A stretch of DNA of 64,000 nt from IMG/VR virus record IMGVR_UViG_3300001278_000001, positions 588 through 64,587 of that record; one strand, written 5' to 3'. The notes under the pieces are model-generated. The model worked only from the letters and a program-made list of their open reading frames with translations, had not been told where the DNA came from and made no database searches. Shown one piece after another: positions 49,401 to 58,748 of the stretch (position 1 is the stretch's first letter; the number at the start of each line of letters is the position of its first letter). Position numbers and translations under genes: made by a program. This stretch comes from a virus.

Positions 49401-51041
49401 AAAAACATCTTCAACTGAGTTTATTTCTGAAACGGAAATATTCTTTCTCAACTTATCTCTTTCTGTTTGAAGTATTGACTTGTCAGTTATAACACTAGAT
49501 AGTAATTTTTCTTTTAGGTTTTCTGTCTGCTCATCAAATTCTTCCTCATTAAATTCTGATACCTTAGAGCTTGCGGGAATCTCAATATTAAACGGATTTT
49601 CTCCTGTTTTTAAAACCTCTTTTAATCTCATTCTCTCGTCAATAAGATTAATTCTTTGGGCTTGAAATTTCACATTAGCTCCTAAATTGGCAAATCCTAT
49701 ACCCGCTCTTCCTATAATATTATCTAAAAATCCATACTGTCTTTTAAGAAGATCTATTTCTTGGTCTTGAGTTCCTAGATTGTTTAGATTATCCTCTAAT
49801 TCGTTTAGCTTTTGAATTCTGTTGTTTATGATCGGTTGAGTTTCTTTTATAATTTCATTTCTTTGAGACTCTATTTCTGATTGTTCTTGACTTATCGCTT
49901 GAAACTCGGATCTTAACTCAGGCAGATTATCAACCTCTGATGAGGTTAGTTGATCTTGAATTTGTCTTTTCCTATCATTTAATGAATTAAATCTTTCGGT
50001 AATAGATAATACAGTATCCCTAGCTAAACTAAGGTTGCTGTCAATATCTTTAATTTCGGATTCTTTTAGCTTTCTTGATTCATCTAAGTTGAATTGTTCA
50101 AAAGATATTATTTCTTGTATTTTATCCTTTTGGGAATCATCTAAATCATCTATAAATTTAGATCTTTTAGATTGTATCCTTTCGTTTATTAATTCTTCTC
50201 TCTTAGATACTTTTAATTGATTATCAGGATTAAAAAATGGATTAATAGCAAATCCTATAGTTGGTGAATTTACTATCTTATTAAAAGTGTTTCCAAAAAA
50301 ACCGAAATTACCTTTACTTTCTTTGGATATTTTTTCATCAATTTCCTTTAAATCTTCTTCGGTTAAATTTTTAATATTTTTAAACTCGTTTAGTTTTTCA
50401 ATATCAAAATCAGAAGCAGAATCCAATGGGTTTTTCTTCTTTATCACCCTAGAGTTTTTACTAAAAAATCTAGTATTCAAAGATGATTCAGCTAAATTAG
50501 GATCAAAGTCAGGGTTTTCAAATATTTCTATATTTCTGTTTTCTGTCTTGAAATCAGGGTTTAAAAAGAATTTTTTGTTTAATTCAGATTCAGGTTGACT
50601 AGCATCGAAATTGGTGTTTTCTATTGCAGGTGATATTCCATCTTCTAGTTGAAATAAAGCAAATTCATTACCACCATTTTGTTGTTGCTCCAAAGTGCCA
50701 ACTTGATTCCTTGTAGAAGAATCCGACGATAACCCCGAAGAAGTTGATGTAGAATTCTCTTTTTTTTTTACGGCAGGAGGTAAGAATGGAATATTAGTGT
50801 TTTCACTAATTACATTAGATGGAGTTTCGTTTTTGGAAGAAATTGGTTTTGGGAAGTACTTGTTATTGAAGTCTTCAAAACCTTTAGTAAACAATTGTCG
50901 GTCTTTTACAACATTGAAAAGAACCTGTTGTTGATCGGAATCATTTTCATATTTTTTCCTAAAATCCTCAATAGATCCAGTAAATAATTCTCTGTCGTTT
51001 ACTACTTTATATAGTTGATCTAAGTTATCTCCTCTTTCCAT
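43413..51041 (-). CDS. 2542-aa polyvalent ejection (internal virion) protein with GNAT-like and zincin metallopeptidase domains
   Basis: IDSISTQEDSRNQGSAKNAL...LKKLYLDEGF (GNAT, ~47880-48130); DTPIHEFGHLW (HExxH, 46800-46820); long helical regions. Confidence 0.75.
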   Translation of the reverse strand: MERGDNLDQLYKVVNDRELFTGSIEDFRKKYENDSDQQQVLFNVVKDRQLFTKGFEDFNNKYFPKPISSKNETPSNVISENTNIPFLPPAVKKKENSTSTSSGLSSDSSTRNQVGTLEQQQNGGNEFALFQLEDGISPAIENTNFDASQPESELNKKFFLNPDFKTENRNIEIFENPDFDPNLAESSLNTRFFSKNSRVIKKKNPLDSASDFDIEKLNEFKNIKNLTEEDLKEIDEKISKESKGNFGFFGNTFNKIVNSPTIGFAINPFFNPDNQLKVSKREELINERIQSKRSKFIDDLDDSQKDKIQEIISFEQFNLDESRKLKESEIKDIDSNLSLARDTVLSITERFNSLNDRKRQIQDQLTSSEVDNLPELRSEFQAISQEQSEIESQRNEIIKETQPIINNRIQKLNELEDNLNNLGTQDQEIDLLKRQYGFLDNIIGRAGIGFANLGANVKFQAQRINLIDERMRLKEVLKTGENPFNIEIPASSKVSEFNEEEFDEQTENLKEKLLSSVITDKSILQTERDKLRKNISVSEINSVEDVFDFTIDGLADNTATVAQLAIPYVGQASFVVAQQADSEISIRERKKSDTNRINEINNSLNEDGLSSEEKESLESEKSVLERATDNSESDIFIASSTLAVSELVFSKLFGEAKRLNIGKRVLSNATKQQLRSQVKRNISNRIKEFSKQSFGVIKDGAEEGLLDEFLTNATQNSINKFYLGDDRIGVFDNSIDAIAGGFSVGSALSVSPRITGQFISHISNQKKRENVFNNVSEIADLQRLLDETNDLDQNTIDITKNRINELFSENKKIISTTVDNFDNLDLDEKKELLDISSKKASIEISLDRLNQKSKLNSAEKSLKSEIEKNLVDLNNQQDSIINRKITISVNGKETESTKNDFENFISDDANISKIISGDIDVKIDNDNKSAEALSNRIEEIKKENNSTPKEVLEFAESLGKTEDISDIASGSTKVSIGNSDVILKKGEGSIKIDSISTQEDSRNQGSAKNALQKITELADSNGSKLELDVVPLEESVDKERLKKLYLDEGFVEDSNNPDKLFRDPITENTQQQEDSFNQIDSILENSNPSEIDVSTNINDYKVSINEGKLNIEPKFGNKKPSQRERKIIVDQFINDFDFDNGTQVEIPNDSSITTDQITSEILEKSTNPIEVARQIKSQQEFDSLVSDSKNNSLEGAIASALQGVKVNKESFSQVDDINNVPDINQFYFSSKNKNKSGKSGNIDSIREVAQSLTENTVELSDITDFIKSNSNPNSFLDSQNNNVKDLKNKFKSLTGITATDSNIENVLKNESPSDSQEQQSDSSDQDIPFQVSSTQERIKGSELNGLIDRLKKTGLSSDVKVLSSPQIIEELKSLGFNIDSENDAPNGFVNDNVVFLNRDQVKKDTPIHEFGHLWVSHIKSTNRQAYNTGLNLVKGSEYESQVINNETYSELSENQILEEALSQAIGEKGVKILNESKKKQFSSWFKNLFTKIAKGLRIRNLSEDKLSDLTLDKFTDLASAELLSAQKIANRSNAEQSNKVDESDVNAIDLVISQQKSIKETKDKIYQKFNDQKSTISDIKKDLVGFIKSSIDSSQVSELQKNELVKLLRGVEKSKTKNNLLKEFDKVNNIITSISNRVILRKINGILNKRFSKRESGRRKANITNEETANILSEIKNNTLIKGNSTTKKSDLINDKIVELFDARELLLDKDSLTDSEQIDLQTIGISLEILSANTSNDVDNANDLLSNALSQIEEIFNDGRSSLKELRNLQKEEINQTISDLESDANPENLTSNRTVSDIKKELQLESNPLTGAFKKIYFDLFRGKVTGSLDSISAFISKKGGENRDSSSWVQFVNKLKNRERVKRQRIRSFSKKISDAQKNIFGSTRKADALLNKIVKLQIEVLPDDSSVKVKQDANYSISQLINVWQNYHNKDLRAGLASNGFTDSVLQDIEKILPESAKDYGNFIFSVYQDLYNQSNEIYKKLNFHSLGKPDFYAGKVNRESTEVSQKENDLLGASRIRTTGYGSQKERVLNDKKINAIPVDTLLKRNIEESSHYIAFAEVHKEYNAIIKDKSIQKALLLNNGLQGSQIIDSLIYYKTKDVEQGGERGNKIVDTLGRNIAKSVLALKTKIGITQTISIINGSFDLPNNMSTREFLDAYSSIVQDGKFLFENSDFLKIRYDSENIENAILGLESISDDKSIRFKNSQVEANRRAIARSYKRILDLSLVNVKFGDTIGVMGAIPVFTSWKARFIKRGFSEDVATQKALEKFESSADRSQQSISAFGKSEIQKSPYLRYIMMFATSPIQNFQNANFHRRELIKGLRGQESKGSNVRNAFAFLNYQFAQPMLYTYISNILSGGLISAFKGLLDEEDSSESDKALLSSAILGNVQSVPIIGGILLYTIDKIVLDKEFTFGGLVSSPLFEEIKKIEANIKNASEAKNEKSRERHIFNAIKKTSGLLAGIPNFSFDVLNEWNDVYWNDNISTESKVYRALGYSKPIISEKTGEELSKRSKSKKSRSERRKDSERKRKENQEKRNNR

Positions 51042-51042
51042 A

Positions 51043-52515
51043 TTAATCTAATATTCCTCTATCGGGATTGTTGTTTACTCTTCTGTTTTGCTCAATAGCC
51101 TTATCGTCCAATAAGATGCTTAACTCATTTAAGTTTTCTAACTTAGAAGTTTTGTTTTTGTCAATATTTCTTGAAATATTATTTAAAATAGCTTCTCCTG
51201 TCTCTATAATATCAACACTTTCTTCCTCTACTCTAGTTACATCATTACCATTGCTGTCTGTTTTAATAGATCCATCATCATTTCTAACTAGAACATCTTT
51301 TTTAACAGTTTGTTTTCCTACGGCAAACACTCTTCCATCTTGGGTTTTTATTAATGATGAGAATGTTTTGTTTGTATTGGAGTTTCCTTTAACTCCAACG
51401 GTAAGAGGTTTTCCTGCTAAATTAAATACTTGATCTCCTTGCTGTGGAACAAAAGGTGCGTCAACGTCTAACTCATTTAATATCTCACCTGATTCGTTTG
51501 TAGAAGCAGATATTGTTGTTAACCCTGCTTGTTCTTTTCTTCTTCCTGATCTTATGTTTAATGCTTTTTGAGAATTGTTTAAAGAGTTGTCAACTTCTTC
51601 TAAGTTTGGTCTAACAAATTCTTCATAATATCTATCAGCTAAAACATTTTGTTCTATCTCATTAAGATCACCTAAGGCTTTATTTGATGGGAAAATACCG
51701 CTTTTTCTTGCTTTTGATAAAAAACTTCTTGCTTCAACTGAGTCCTGAGAAAGTAATCCTTTTACAAGTTTAACCCCATCTGATTTAGTTTGCGCAGTTA
51801 TTCTTTTATTTCCATTAACATTATCAAGCAAATTTGAAGCTATATCCTGACCATTTTTGATAAAGTTTGATTTTTTATTAAAAGATGAATTTAGGAAGTC
51901 ATTATTAAAAAGGGTGCTAGAATTTAATCTGACAATTCCATCTTTAAATAATCCTGTTGAAGTTCCTTTTAATTCATCATCTAAGGCAGGACTATATACA
52001 TCTAAAGTGTAATCAGCATTAAGCTTATACTTTCCTTGTAGTATAGATTCTTTAAATCTATCAACATCATTATCTAAAAGCTCATTAAAGTTCCCTTGTC
52101 TTTTTTGCTTTTCTAGTTCTTGAATCTTTTCAGTATAAACCTTGTTTATTTTTACGGCAGATTCTATTTTTCTTTTTTCATCAGCAAGTTTCAACCTAGC
52201 ATCTATGTTTCCATTAGCAGAAGCTTTAGCTAAATTCATATAGTATTCTTTGTTTTCCTCAAATCTATCTATGATCTGTGAATTCAAAAAACCAGCATTC
52301 TCCTCAGGTTGTAAGCCATTATATATTTCAAAGGTTTGCTTATTAATTTTTCTTTGGAATTCCTGTCTTTTAGCATCCCTAGCTCTTTTTTCAGCTTCTT
52401 CCTTTGCTTTAGTTTTTCTATGGTATCTATTGTGTTCCTCAACAATTGCTCCGATGTTGGCATCTTGTATTGGTCTTAGTCTAACTAATGCGGATGATGT
52501 TGTGTTTTGTACCAT
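51043..52515 (-). CDS. Internal virion/ejection protein
   Basis: 490 aa, helical; lies in a three-gene cassette with the 206-aa and 2542-aa genes. Confidence 0.55.
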   Translation of the reverse strand: MVQNTTSSALVRLRPIQDANIGAIVEEHNRYHRKTKAKEEAEKRARDAKRQEFQRKINKQTFEIYNGLQPEENAGFLNSQIIDRFEENKEYYMNLAKASANGNIDARLKLADEKRKIESAVKINKVYTEKIQELEKQKRQGNFNELLDNDVDRFKESILQGKYKLNADYTLDVYSPALDDELKGTSTGLFKDGIVRLNSSTLFNNDFLNSSFNKKSNFIKNGQDIASNLLDNVNGNKRITAQTKSDGVKLVKGLLSQDSVEARSFLSKARKSGIFPSNKALGDLNEIEQNVLADRYYEEFVRPNLEEVDNSLNNSQKALNIRSGRRKEQAGLTTISASTNESGEILNELDVDAPFVPQQGDQVFNLAGKPLTVGVKGNSNTNKTFSSLIKTQDGRVFAVGKQTVKKDVLVRNDDGSIKTDSNGNDVTRVEEESVDIIETGEAILNNISRNIDKNKTSKLENLNELSILLDDKAIEQNRRVNNNPDRGILD

Positions 52516-53135
52516 TATGCTATTCTTTGGTCAGGTGAAAATACAGTTGCTCCTAAACTAGTGCTTGCGGTTGAGGGATCTGCAAAAGACGATCTTAAAG
52601 ATGGAGCTTGGGGTGTTCCTCCTGTTGCTCCTGAACCTCCTCCAATAGCACCTCCTAATGATAATCCTGCGGACGCTAAATTGGATAGTCCTGAAAAAGT
52701 ATCTTGTCTTCCAGTTTGTAATTGCTGTCCTAAACCTTGTAATGCCCGAACCTCTCTTTGTTCTTGTATAGATCTAATTCTTTCTTCTCCTGTGGCAATA
52801 AGTCTTTGACGTTCTAAATCTTGACGTTCTAAATCTTGACTTATTTGTTGTTGAAGAAGTATATTCTGTTGATTTATTCTAGGAAGACCTCCTAACACAC
52901 CTCTAACTCCTGATCTTTGTAAGGCATTAACGCTAGTAGCGAAATTAACATTATTTGCTTCTGTTTGCTGATCTGATTTCAGAGTGCTTATTCTGATGTT
53001 CTCAAAAGGATTTTTTAGTTCTTGTCTTTGAAAACCATCTATAGCTTTTTGAGCTTTTCGAGCATTACTTATTCCCGAAGCTGTTTGAGCTATTGCTGCT
53101 CCTCCTGCTATAACTCCTGCTGTAACTGCTGCCAT
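52515..53135 (-). CDS. Internal virion/ejection protein (Gly/Ala-rich termini, Gln-rich coil)
   Basis: MAAVTAGVIAGGAAIAQ... and SLGGAIGGGSG. Confidence 0.6.
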   Translation of the reverse strand: MAAVTAGVIAGGAAIAQTASGISNARKAQKAIDGFQRQELKNPFENIRISTLKSDQQTEANNVNFATSVNALQRSGVRGVLGGLPRINQQNILLQQQISQDLERQDLERQRLIATGEERIRSIQEQREVRALQGLGQQLQTGRQDTFSGLSNLASAGLSLGGAIGGGSGATGGTPQAPSLRSSFADPSTASTSLGATVFSPDQRIA

Positions 53136-53161
53136 ATTAAATAATTTGAATAAAAATATAT

Positions 53162-53220
53162 AACAAATATATGGATTTACAAGGGGTTTTTGTTATTATA
53201 ATAGTAATACTATATCTTTG
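53162..53220. promoter_or_regulatory. Divergent promoters: minus-strand TATATTTG (in AAATCCATATATTTGTT, 53162-53178) and plus-strand TTTG-N20-TATCTTTG (53189-53220)
   Basis: Matches the Bacteroidota -33/-7 consensus. Confidence 0.65.
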
Positions 53221-53224
53221 AGTT

Positions 53225-53641
53225 ATGGCTGATTTATTTGAATATAGAAATATACAAGAAGATGATTATTCAATTTTAGTAGATTGGTGGAAATGGCATA
53301 GATTTCCTGCTCCTCCTAGAGAAATACTGCCTGATAATATTTCTGACGGGATAATGGTTTCTGTGAATGGAGAAAATGTATGCGCAGGATTTGTTTATAG
53401 GACTTCTTCAAGTAGTTTGTTTTGGTGCGAGTGGATTGTTTCGTCTTATAAAATAAGAGACAAAGAGGTGAGAAAAAAAGCCATATCAAATCTAATAGAA
53501 GCTATTAAATTTTTGGCTAATGAGATGGGGGCTAAAGTTATATATACCTCATTAATAAATCCTTTATTAAAACAAGCTTACTTAGATAGTGGTTTTGTTG
53601 TTGGAAGCTCTAGTGCTGACGAATTAATCTTTAGATTTTAA
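53225..53641 (+). CDS. GNAT-family acetyltransferase
   Basis: VCAGFVY...WCEWIVSS...RKKAISNLIEAI...LKQAYLDSGF. Confidence 0.65.
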   Translation: MADLFEYRNIQEDDYSILVDWWKWHRFPAPPREILPDNISDGIMVSVNGENVCAGFVYRTSSSSLFWCEWIVSSYKIRDKEVRKKAISNLIEAIKFLANEMGAKVIYTSLINPLLKQAYLDSGFVVGSSSADELIFRF

Positions 53642-54033
53642 TCTTTTTTGTATTTCAGTCCATTTAATCTTTTCGCTTTCAGATATCTCTTCCTTAGTCA
53701 TTTCTGACTTTACTCTAGGTTTATCTGAAACATAATCGTGAATCCAAAGAACATTATTGCCTTTAGAATCTTTCACTCTCATAGATCCATATAGTTTGCA
53801 TATTCTAGCTAGTCCTCCCATTTTTATTTTTTAAAAAAAGATTTTATATCACTTAATTCCAATCCTTCTAAACATTGATAAGTGTATATTTCGTATTCTT
53901 TGTTGGTTGATAAGGATTTTACAATAATTTGAGTATCATATTTTTCCAAAACTACACCTTTAAAAGGAGTTGGCTCTTTAAACTCATCTTTATAATTTCC
54001 TAGATCGTGTACTATTATCGTGTTATCCTTCAT
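53624..54033 (-). CDS. Two small hypothetical ORFs (53624-53821, 53824-54033)
   Basis: ORF track. Confidence 0.55.
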
Positions 54034-54580
54034 GTTTTTTGTAAAATGTAACTAATACAATTCTTTCTCCTTTTTCTATTTTAAATGGATACTTAGAGTG
54101 AAAATAATTTGAATCGTAAATTAAGAATCGATTTGGCTTGGAGGATATAAAATCTGTTTTTTTCCATAAGTCAGGGTTGTTGGAATCTTCAATTAGCAAT
54201 CTATCAAAATCTTCATTTGATATATCCTCAGGAAGATTATGACCATAAGTATGGTGTTCAAAAAATTGTGTGCCGTTTTCAGTAACACCTTCTTTTAGGT
54301 TTAAATATAAAACAGAAGCTAAGTCAGACTTATGACCGTTTATGATATTATCCGCGTGTATTCTAGGATCGGTATCAAAATGAGCATGAGCTTTTCTTAT
54401 AAATGTGAGAATTGTGTCATATCCCTCAAGCTGAACAAGCGGAACAACGTAGTCAGGTGTGTTTATAATATTGAAGCTTTTTTCTCCAACTGTCACAATT
54501 CTAAATTCGTCGTTTTTTAAATTATCCTGTATTTTATTAAATGTTATTTGGGATAAAAAATCATCTATAACTGAAATCAT
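54023..54580 (-). CDS. 2OG-Fe(II) oxygenase-fold protein (DUF6445-like)
   Basis: RIHAD (HxD), ASVLYLN, NRFLIYDSNYFHS (distal His), RIVLVTF. Confidence 0.78.
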   Translation of the reverse strand: MISVIDDFLSQITFNKIQDNLKNDEFRIVTVGEKSFNIINTPDYVVPLVQLEGYDTILTFIRKAHAHFDTDPRIHADNIINGHKSDLASVLYLNLKEGVTENGTQFFEHHTYGHNLPEDISNEDFDRLLIEDSNNPDLWKKTDFISSKPNRFLIYDSNYFHSKYPFKIEKGERIVLVTFYKKHEG

Positions 54581-54629
54581 TTGTCTTATTTTACACAGCT
54601 AATATATAAATATTAGTTAATAATAACAA

Positions 54630-57600
54630 CTAAGAGTTAAAGGATTTAGCAACTTCGGTATTAACTGCTCTTATAGTAACTTCCTCTGTTTCGTCACTAA
54701 TCATCTCAACTTCTAACACATCTCCCCTCAATGGATTCCCATCTATATTTTGATTTTTTCGATACATTAGAAAAGATGGAACAGTTGTTGTCTTGTCTTC
54801 TAATATTATTTTATCTTCAGTAATGTCTAGTATTTTATTTCCTTGAAAAAGCAAAGAAGAACTTATTATTTCGTCTCCTATGCAAATGTTTACGGGTCTT
54901 CTATCTGTAGATATTTCGCCATTAATAATAGGGAAAACACCTAGTCCTTGAATATTGCTTGACTCAGTTTCTCCGTTTGTGTTTGGAGTTATGTCAGAAT
55001 ACCAATAATCTTCTTTTTTAAGGAATTTACTTTTTTCTATGGTAGAAGACGTTAATCTAGTTTTAAGATTAACCAACCAAGCATGAGTGCTTTCTAATCC
55101 CATAGCTTTCCATATCTTCTCAGTACTAAAATCTTCATTAACAAAAAACCTTAATTTACTTTCTTTTTGATCTCCAAAGAAGTTATTGCGTGTTTCGTTT
55201 GAATTTAAAACATACATTACTCCGTTTTTCCACGCATAACATTGATTATTAGCGTTTAATATGAAGTCAGGCTCAAATGTGAAGAAATTTGGAAAGCCCT
55301 TTACTCCTTCTTTAAAAGCAAGTGTTGATTCTTCTGTAGGGATATATAATAAGTATTCACCGTGCCTAGTATCAAAACCTGCGACTAATTGGTTTAACTT
55401 ATTTTTATACATAATGTCTGAGGAATAATACTCTAGTAAATTTTCATTTATTGTAGATATTCCATTATTTGATAATCTGATAATATCTCCTCTCATTTGA
55501 TCTGTAAAGTAAAATCTGCTACCATCTTGAACAAAGCTTTCGGGATGCCTAGATATTCCGTGTTTTCCACTTGCGTAAGGGCGGTAACTATTTCTGTCTA
55601 ATACATTTGTTGAGACTCCAATTATTCTACCTCCATCTACTTGATTAACAATTTGTTTATTATATGGCATTACACCTACAGCATCTTCTTGAAGAACTAG
55701 TAGATCTCTATTTATGTTCCAAAGTTTTTGAATACTGGCATCTTCTTTGTCTAATTTGACAAAATTAAGAAGGGCTAGGTTGAAAGAACTTAATCCGTTG
55801 TAGTCACTTTCATCATTATATATATCACTCCAAGTTATATCGGCTGTTCTGTGTACTTGTTGGTATCTTTCTCTAGTAGTTGTTAATGGTCTTAATCCAA
55901 CTTCTAACCCATTGGTATTAAATTCATCTCTTATCTTGTAGCTTTCTACTGCATTTCCATAACTAAAAGCATTGAACCATTCTAATGTAACAAGTAAATC
56001 ACTAGAATTAGATTGTGAGGTATCTCCATTTTGGAGTCCTATTTCTGTTTGAAAATCATTTGTTATTGCTGAGTGGAAACCATTTACTATTCTATAGTTT
56101 TTTCCAACTTCAAAATATATATCCTCAGGCTGTCTTGGTGGTTCTGTTTCGAAAACAATTCTATTGTCTCCATCAGATTGTATAACGCTACTAAATGTTC
56201 TAATCTTAGCTCTTGAATCTAAATCATTGTTTTGAGTACCTTGACTCTCTATAACCATTGTCATTATTCCATCAGATTGATTTCCTTCAATCCTAGTAGC
56301 ACTACCATCATTTCTCAATACTCCTCTTATAAACCAAATATCATTTATTGGTATTAAGGATGATATTTCATTGTATATGTTTTCTTTGTAAAACCACTCT
56401 TGAATATTGTCATAGTTTGAACTAGCTATTTTGTCTATTTCAAAAAAAACATTTTGTTCATTATATTCGTCGTATCGGAACAATATTCTAGCTCCTGCGA
56501 ATATTCTTTCTTCTGAAAGAGAAGTTATAGTGTCATTTATACCTCCTTGAGTTCTAAAGAAAGCATAAGCTTTTGAATCATTTCTAATACCGAAGTTTCC
56601 TACGGCATTTATATTCCAGTTATCAAAAATAGAATGACCTGTTTGGTTGTCAAATGTAATCTGAACACCATCCTGCAATGTAAACGCTTGACCTGATACT
56701 ATTGGAATATTTTGTCCTAAATAGTTTGCGCCATCATCTATACTCCATCTAAATGTATCTGTAGCTCCTACAGAATCTATTTCTACCAAAAATCTCAATC
56801 TATTATCTGTACCTCCTGTGTATGCACCTGATGTGTTTAAATCATTAAGTGTTTGACCATAGAAATGAGCTTCTGATATATAAGAAGATTGATTAGATAC
56901 AGGGTTATCATGTCTATTAGCCGAAGTGTCGTAAGTTCTTAATTCGTAAGAGTCATAATCGTCTATGTCAATTCTGAAATTCTCAGGCTTTATTTTAAAG
57001 TATAATCCACTACGTTCAACTATAGAATCGTTAACTATGTCAGGTTGTAAAAAGTTTTTTGGTTGCTCCGTTATTTCTAAAACTTTAGCTCGAACCAACT
57101 CTTCTTTAAATCCCTGAGTGTCAGATTTAATTATTAGATAATCTCCTTCTTTTATTTTGTCTTTATCAGCGTTTTCAAGTTTGATCCATCTGAATACTCC
57201 GTCTTCATAAAATAATGTTGGAATTAATTGTTCGTAATTTTTCTTATTTTGTTTTATGAAAAATCTGTAATACGTAGCCCAAAAAGGAGGTTTATGTTTT
57301 AGTTGTACTTGTATTTTGTTTTCGGTGACGCTATTCTTGTTGGGTATGTAAAGAGTATTTGTTTTTGAGCTTAATAAAGTTGTGATTCTTCCATCATCAT
57401 CTCCGTAAACTATCGTAACTTCATAATCCCTGTTACTTTTGGCGGTTTTTTTAGGAATTAGACTAGCGACTTCTACTAATTCAGTAGTTACATTTCCTGT
57501 ATTTGGGTCAATTAATGGTCTTTCCTCTTCTACAGTGTTGTCGAGGGCAATTAAGTTTAAAGAATAGTCTAGCCTAATTTCATTTCCTTCATCATCTTTT

Positions 57601-58610
57601 ATATCATAATTCTCTATGTAGTTAGCTAGTAAAACCCTTCCGTCAATTATTGTTTGAGCCTTGTTTGTTAGAGGAACATTATCGAAGTGGTTTAACAATG
57701 CTTCTTGCGGTAATGATCTGTATGTCTTGTTGTTATCAAAAACAAACGATTGTATTTCATTGTCTCCATACCCAAGTAAGTCTTTGTTGAAATCGTCTAT
57801 AATCCAACCTGCGTTACTGCCTGTTCTTACCCAAACAAGTTGTATTTCAGTAACTCTATCACTTCCAGTATTGAATTCTAATAAAACCTGATTAAATTGA
57901 TTAATCATACTTCGATTTGATTGTTCTGCAAAATCGTAATCAAATCTTTTAGGTTCAAAAGCGAACTCAGTAAATGGAGCTAAAGCACTATACTCTCCAT
58001 CCAAATATCTATATCTGTAAGAAAAAGCTACCATTATATCTTCTATGTGGTTTTCTTGCTGAGAAGATGTATTGGTGTTTTGTAAAGATATTCTTAATTT
58101 TTGTAATGGAGGATGTACAATTAATTTAATGTCGTCTTCGGTAAATCCATCTTCTCCATATCCTTTTGCTCTTTCAGTATTAATTCTTCTTGGATTGTTT
58201 CCGAATTCAGACCATATTTGAATTCCATCTATTTCATTCCAACCTGTAACATATCCTTTTTTATCATATTTTAAAACACCTCTGGTGTCTTTTAATATTA
58301 TGGAAGTTGTGTCGTTACAAATGTCGTATTCAGCATCTATGCTAATCATTCCATTGGAAGAAGCAAGTTTGTAATAAATTACATCTTTGTCTTCGTTGAA
58401 ATAAGCACCTATACATTTTAAATCAGTGTTATTTTCGGTAACATCACTTACCTCTGTAGTTCCTTTTATGTTTTTCCCAACACCATCGTCGGAATCATTG
58501 GTCTGAAACCTAAGATTTTCAGCGTGTCTATACACACCTTGTCTAGCTAGTGATCTGTTGGTGTCTTTATCCATCACTCCCCGACTGAAAATATTCTTTA
58601 TTTTAGGCAT
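54630..58610 (-). CDS. Tail nozzle/stabilization protein
   Basis: 1326 aa; MDKDTNRSL...YRHAEN N-term, FSYRYRYLDGEYSALAPF and NVPLTNKAQTIIDGRVLLANY resemble crAss-like/P22 gp10-type tail proteins. Confidence 0.72.
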   Translation of the reverse strand: MPKIKNIFSRGVMDKDTNRSLARQGVYRHAENLRFQTNDSDDGVGKNIKGTTEVSDVTENNTDLKCIGAYFNEDKDVIYYKLASSNGMISIDAEYDICNDTTSIILKDTRGVLKYDKKGYVTGWNEIDGIQIWSEFGNNPRRINTERAKGYGEDGFTEDDIKLIVHPPLQKLRISLQNTNTSSQQENHIEDIMVAFSYRYRYLDGEYSALAPFTEFAFEPKRFDYDFAEQSNRSMINQFNQVLLEFNTGSDRVTEIQLVWVRTGSNAGWIIDDFNKDLLGYGDNEIQSFVFDNNKTYRSLPQEALLNHFDNVPLTNKAQTIIDGRVLLANYIENYDIKDDEGNEIRLDYSLNLIALDNTVEEERPLIDPNTGNVTTELVEVASLIPKKTAKSNRDYEVTIVYGDDDGRITTLLSSKTNTLYIPNKNSVTENKIQVQLKHKPPFWATYYRFFIKQNKKNYEQLIPTLFYEDGVFRWIKLENADKDKIKEGDYLIIKSDTQGFKEELVRAKVLEITEQPKNFLQPDIVNDSIVERSGLYFKIKPENFRIDIDDYDSYELRTYDTSANRHDNPVSNQSSYISEAHFYGQTLNDLNTSGAYTGGTDNRLRFLVEIDSVGATDTFRWSIDDGANYLGQNIPIVSGQAFTLQDGVQITFDNQTGHSIFDNWNINAVGNFGIRNDSKAYAFFRTQGGINDTITSLSEERIFAGARILFRYDEYNEQNVFFEIDKIASSNYDNIQEWFYKENIYNEISSLIPINDIWFIRGVLRNDGSATRIEGNQSDGIMTMVIESQGTQNNDLDSRAKIRTFSSVIQSDGDNRIVFETEPPRQPEDIYFEVGKNYRIVNGFHSAITNDFQTEIGLQNGDTSQSNSSDLLVTLEWFNAFSYGNAVESYKIRDEFNTNGLEVGLRPLTTTRERYQQVHRTADITWSDIYNDESDYNGLSSFNLALLNFVKLDKEDASIQKLWNINRDLLVLQEDAVGVMPYNKQIVNQVDGGRIIGVSTNVLDRNSYRPYASGKHGISRHPESFVQDGSRFYFTDQMRGDIIRLSNNGISTINENLLEYYSSDIMYKNKLNQLVAGFDTRHGEYLLYIPTEESTLAFKEGVKGFPNFFTFEPDFILNANNQCYAWKNGVMYVLNSNETRNNFFGDQKESKLRFFVNEDFSTEKIWKAMGLESTHAWLVNLKTRLTSSTIEKSKFLKKEDYWYSDITPNTNGETESSNIQGLGVFPIINGEISTDRRPVNICIGDEIISSSLLFQGNKILDITEDKIILEDKTTTVPSFLMYRKNQNIDGNPLRGDVLEVEMISDETEEVTIRAVNTEVAKSFNS

Positions 58611-58748
58611 AGTACTTATTATTATGGTTATAAAAATACAACTTTATAGATGAAATTTAATTTATAAAAAGTAATCCGTATCTTCGTGAAAACAAAAAGC
58701 CAAAAGATGTAGGAATCTAATGGCTATTCTAAAAATCATACTCGTAAT

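Noticed and set aside
47620-50420. Virion RNA polymerase (crAss gp66-like) in the 2542-aa protein, from ASDFDIEK (~50394-50418) and NDFDFDN (~47625-47645)
   Set aside because: The first motif lacks the third Asp and lies in a low-complexity N-terminal region; the second lacks the conserved context. No double-psi beta-barrel-like sequence is evident. A structure prediction would settle it.
43672-52809. Plus-strand ORFs antisense to the large structural genes (and similar shadows such as 1018-1314, 4537-4857, 23862-24095)
   Set aside because: Ser/Leu/Phe-rich shadow frames of real genes, with no motifs or promoters
52805-52840. 15-bp tandem repeat TTGACGTTCTAAATC
   Set aside because: An in-frame coding duplication (QDLER x2) in a coiled coil; no regulatory evidence
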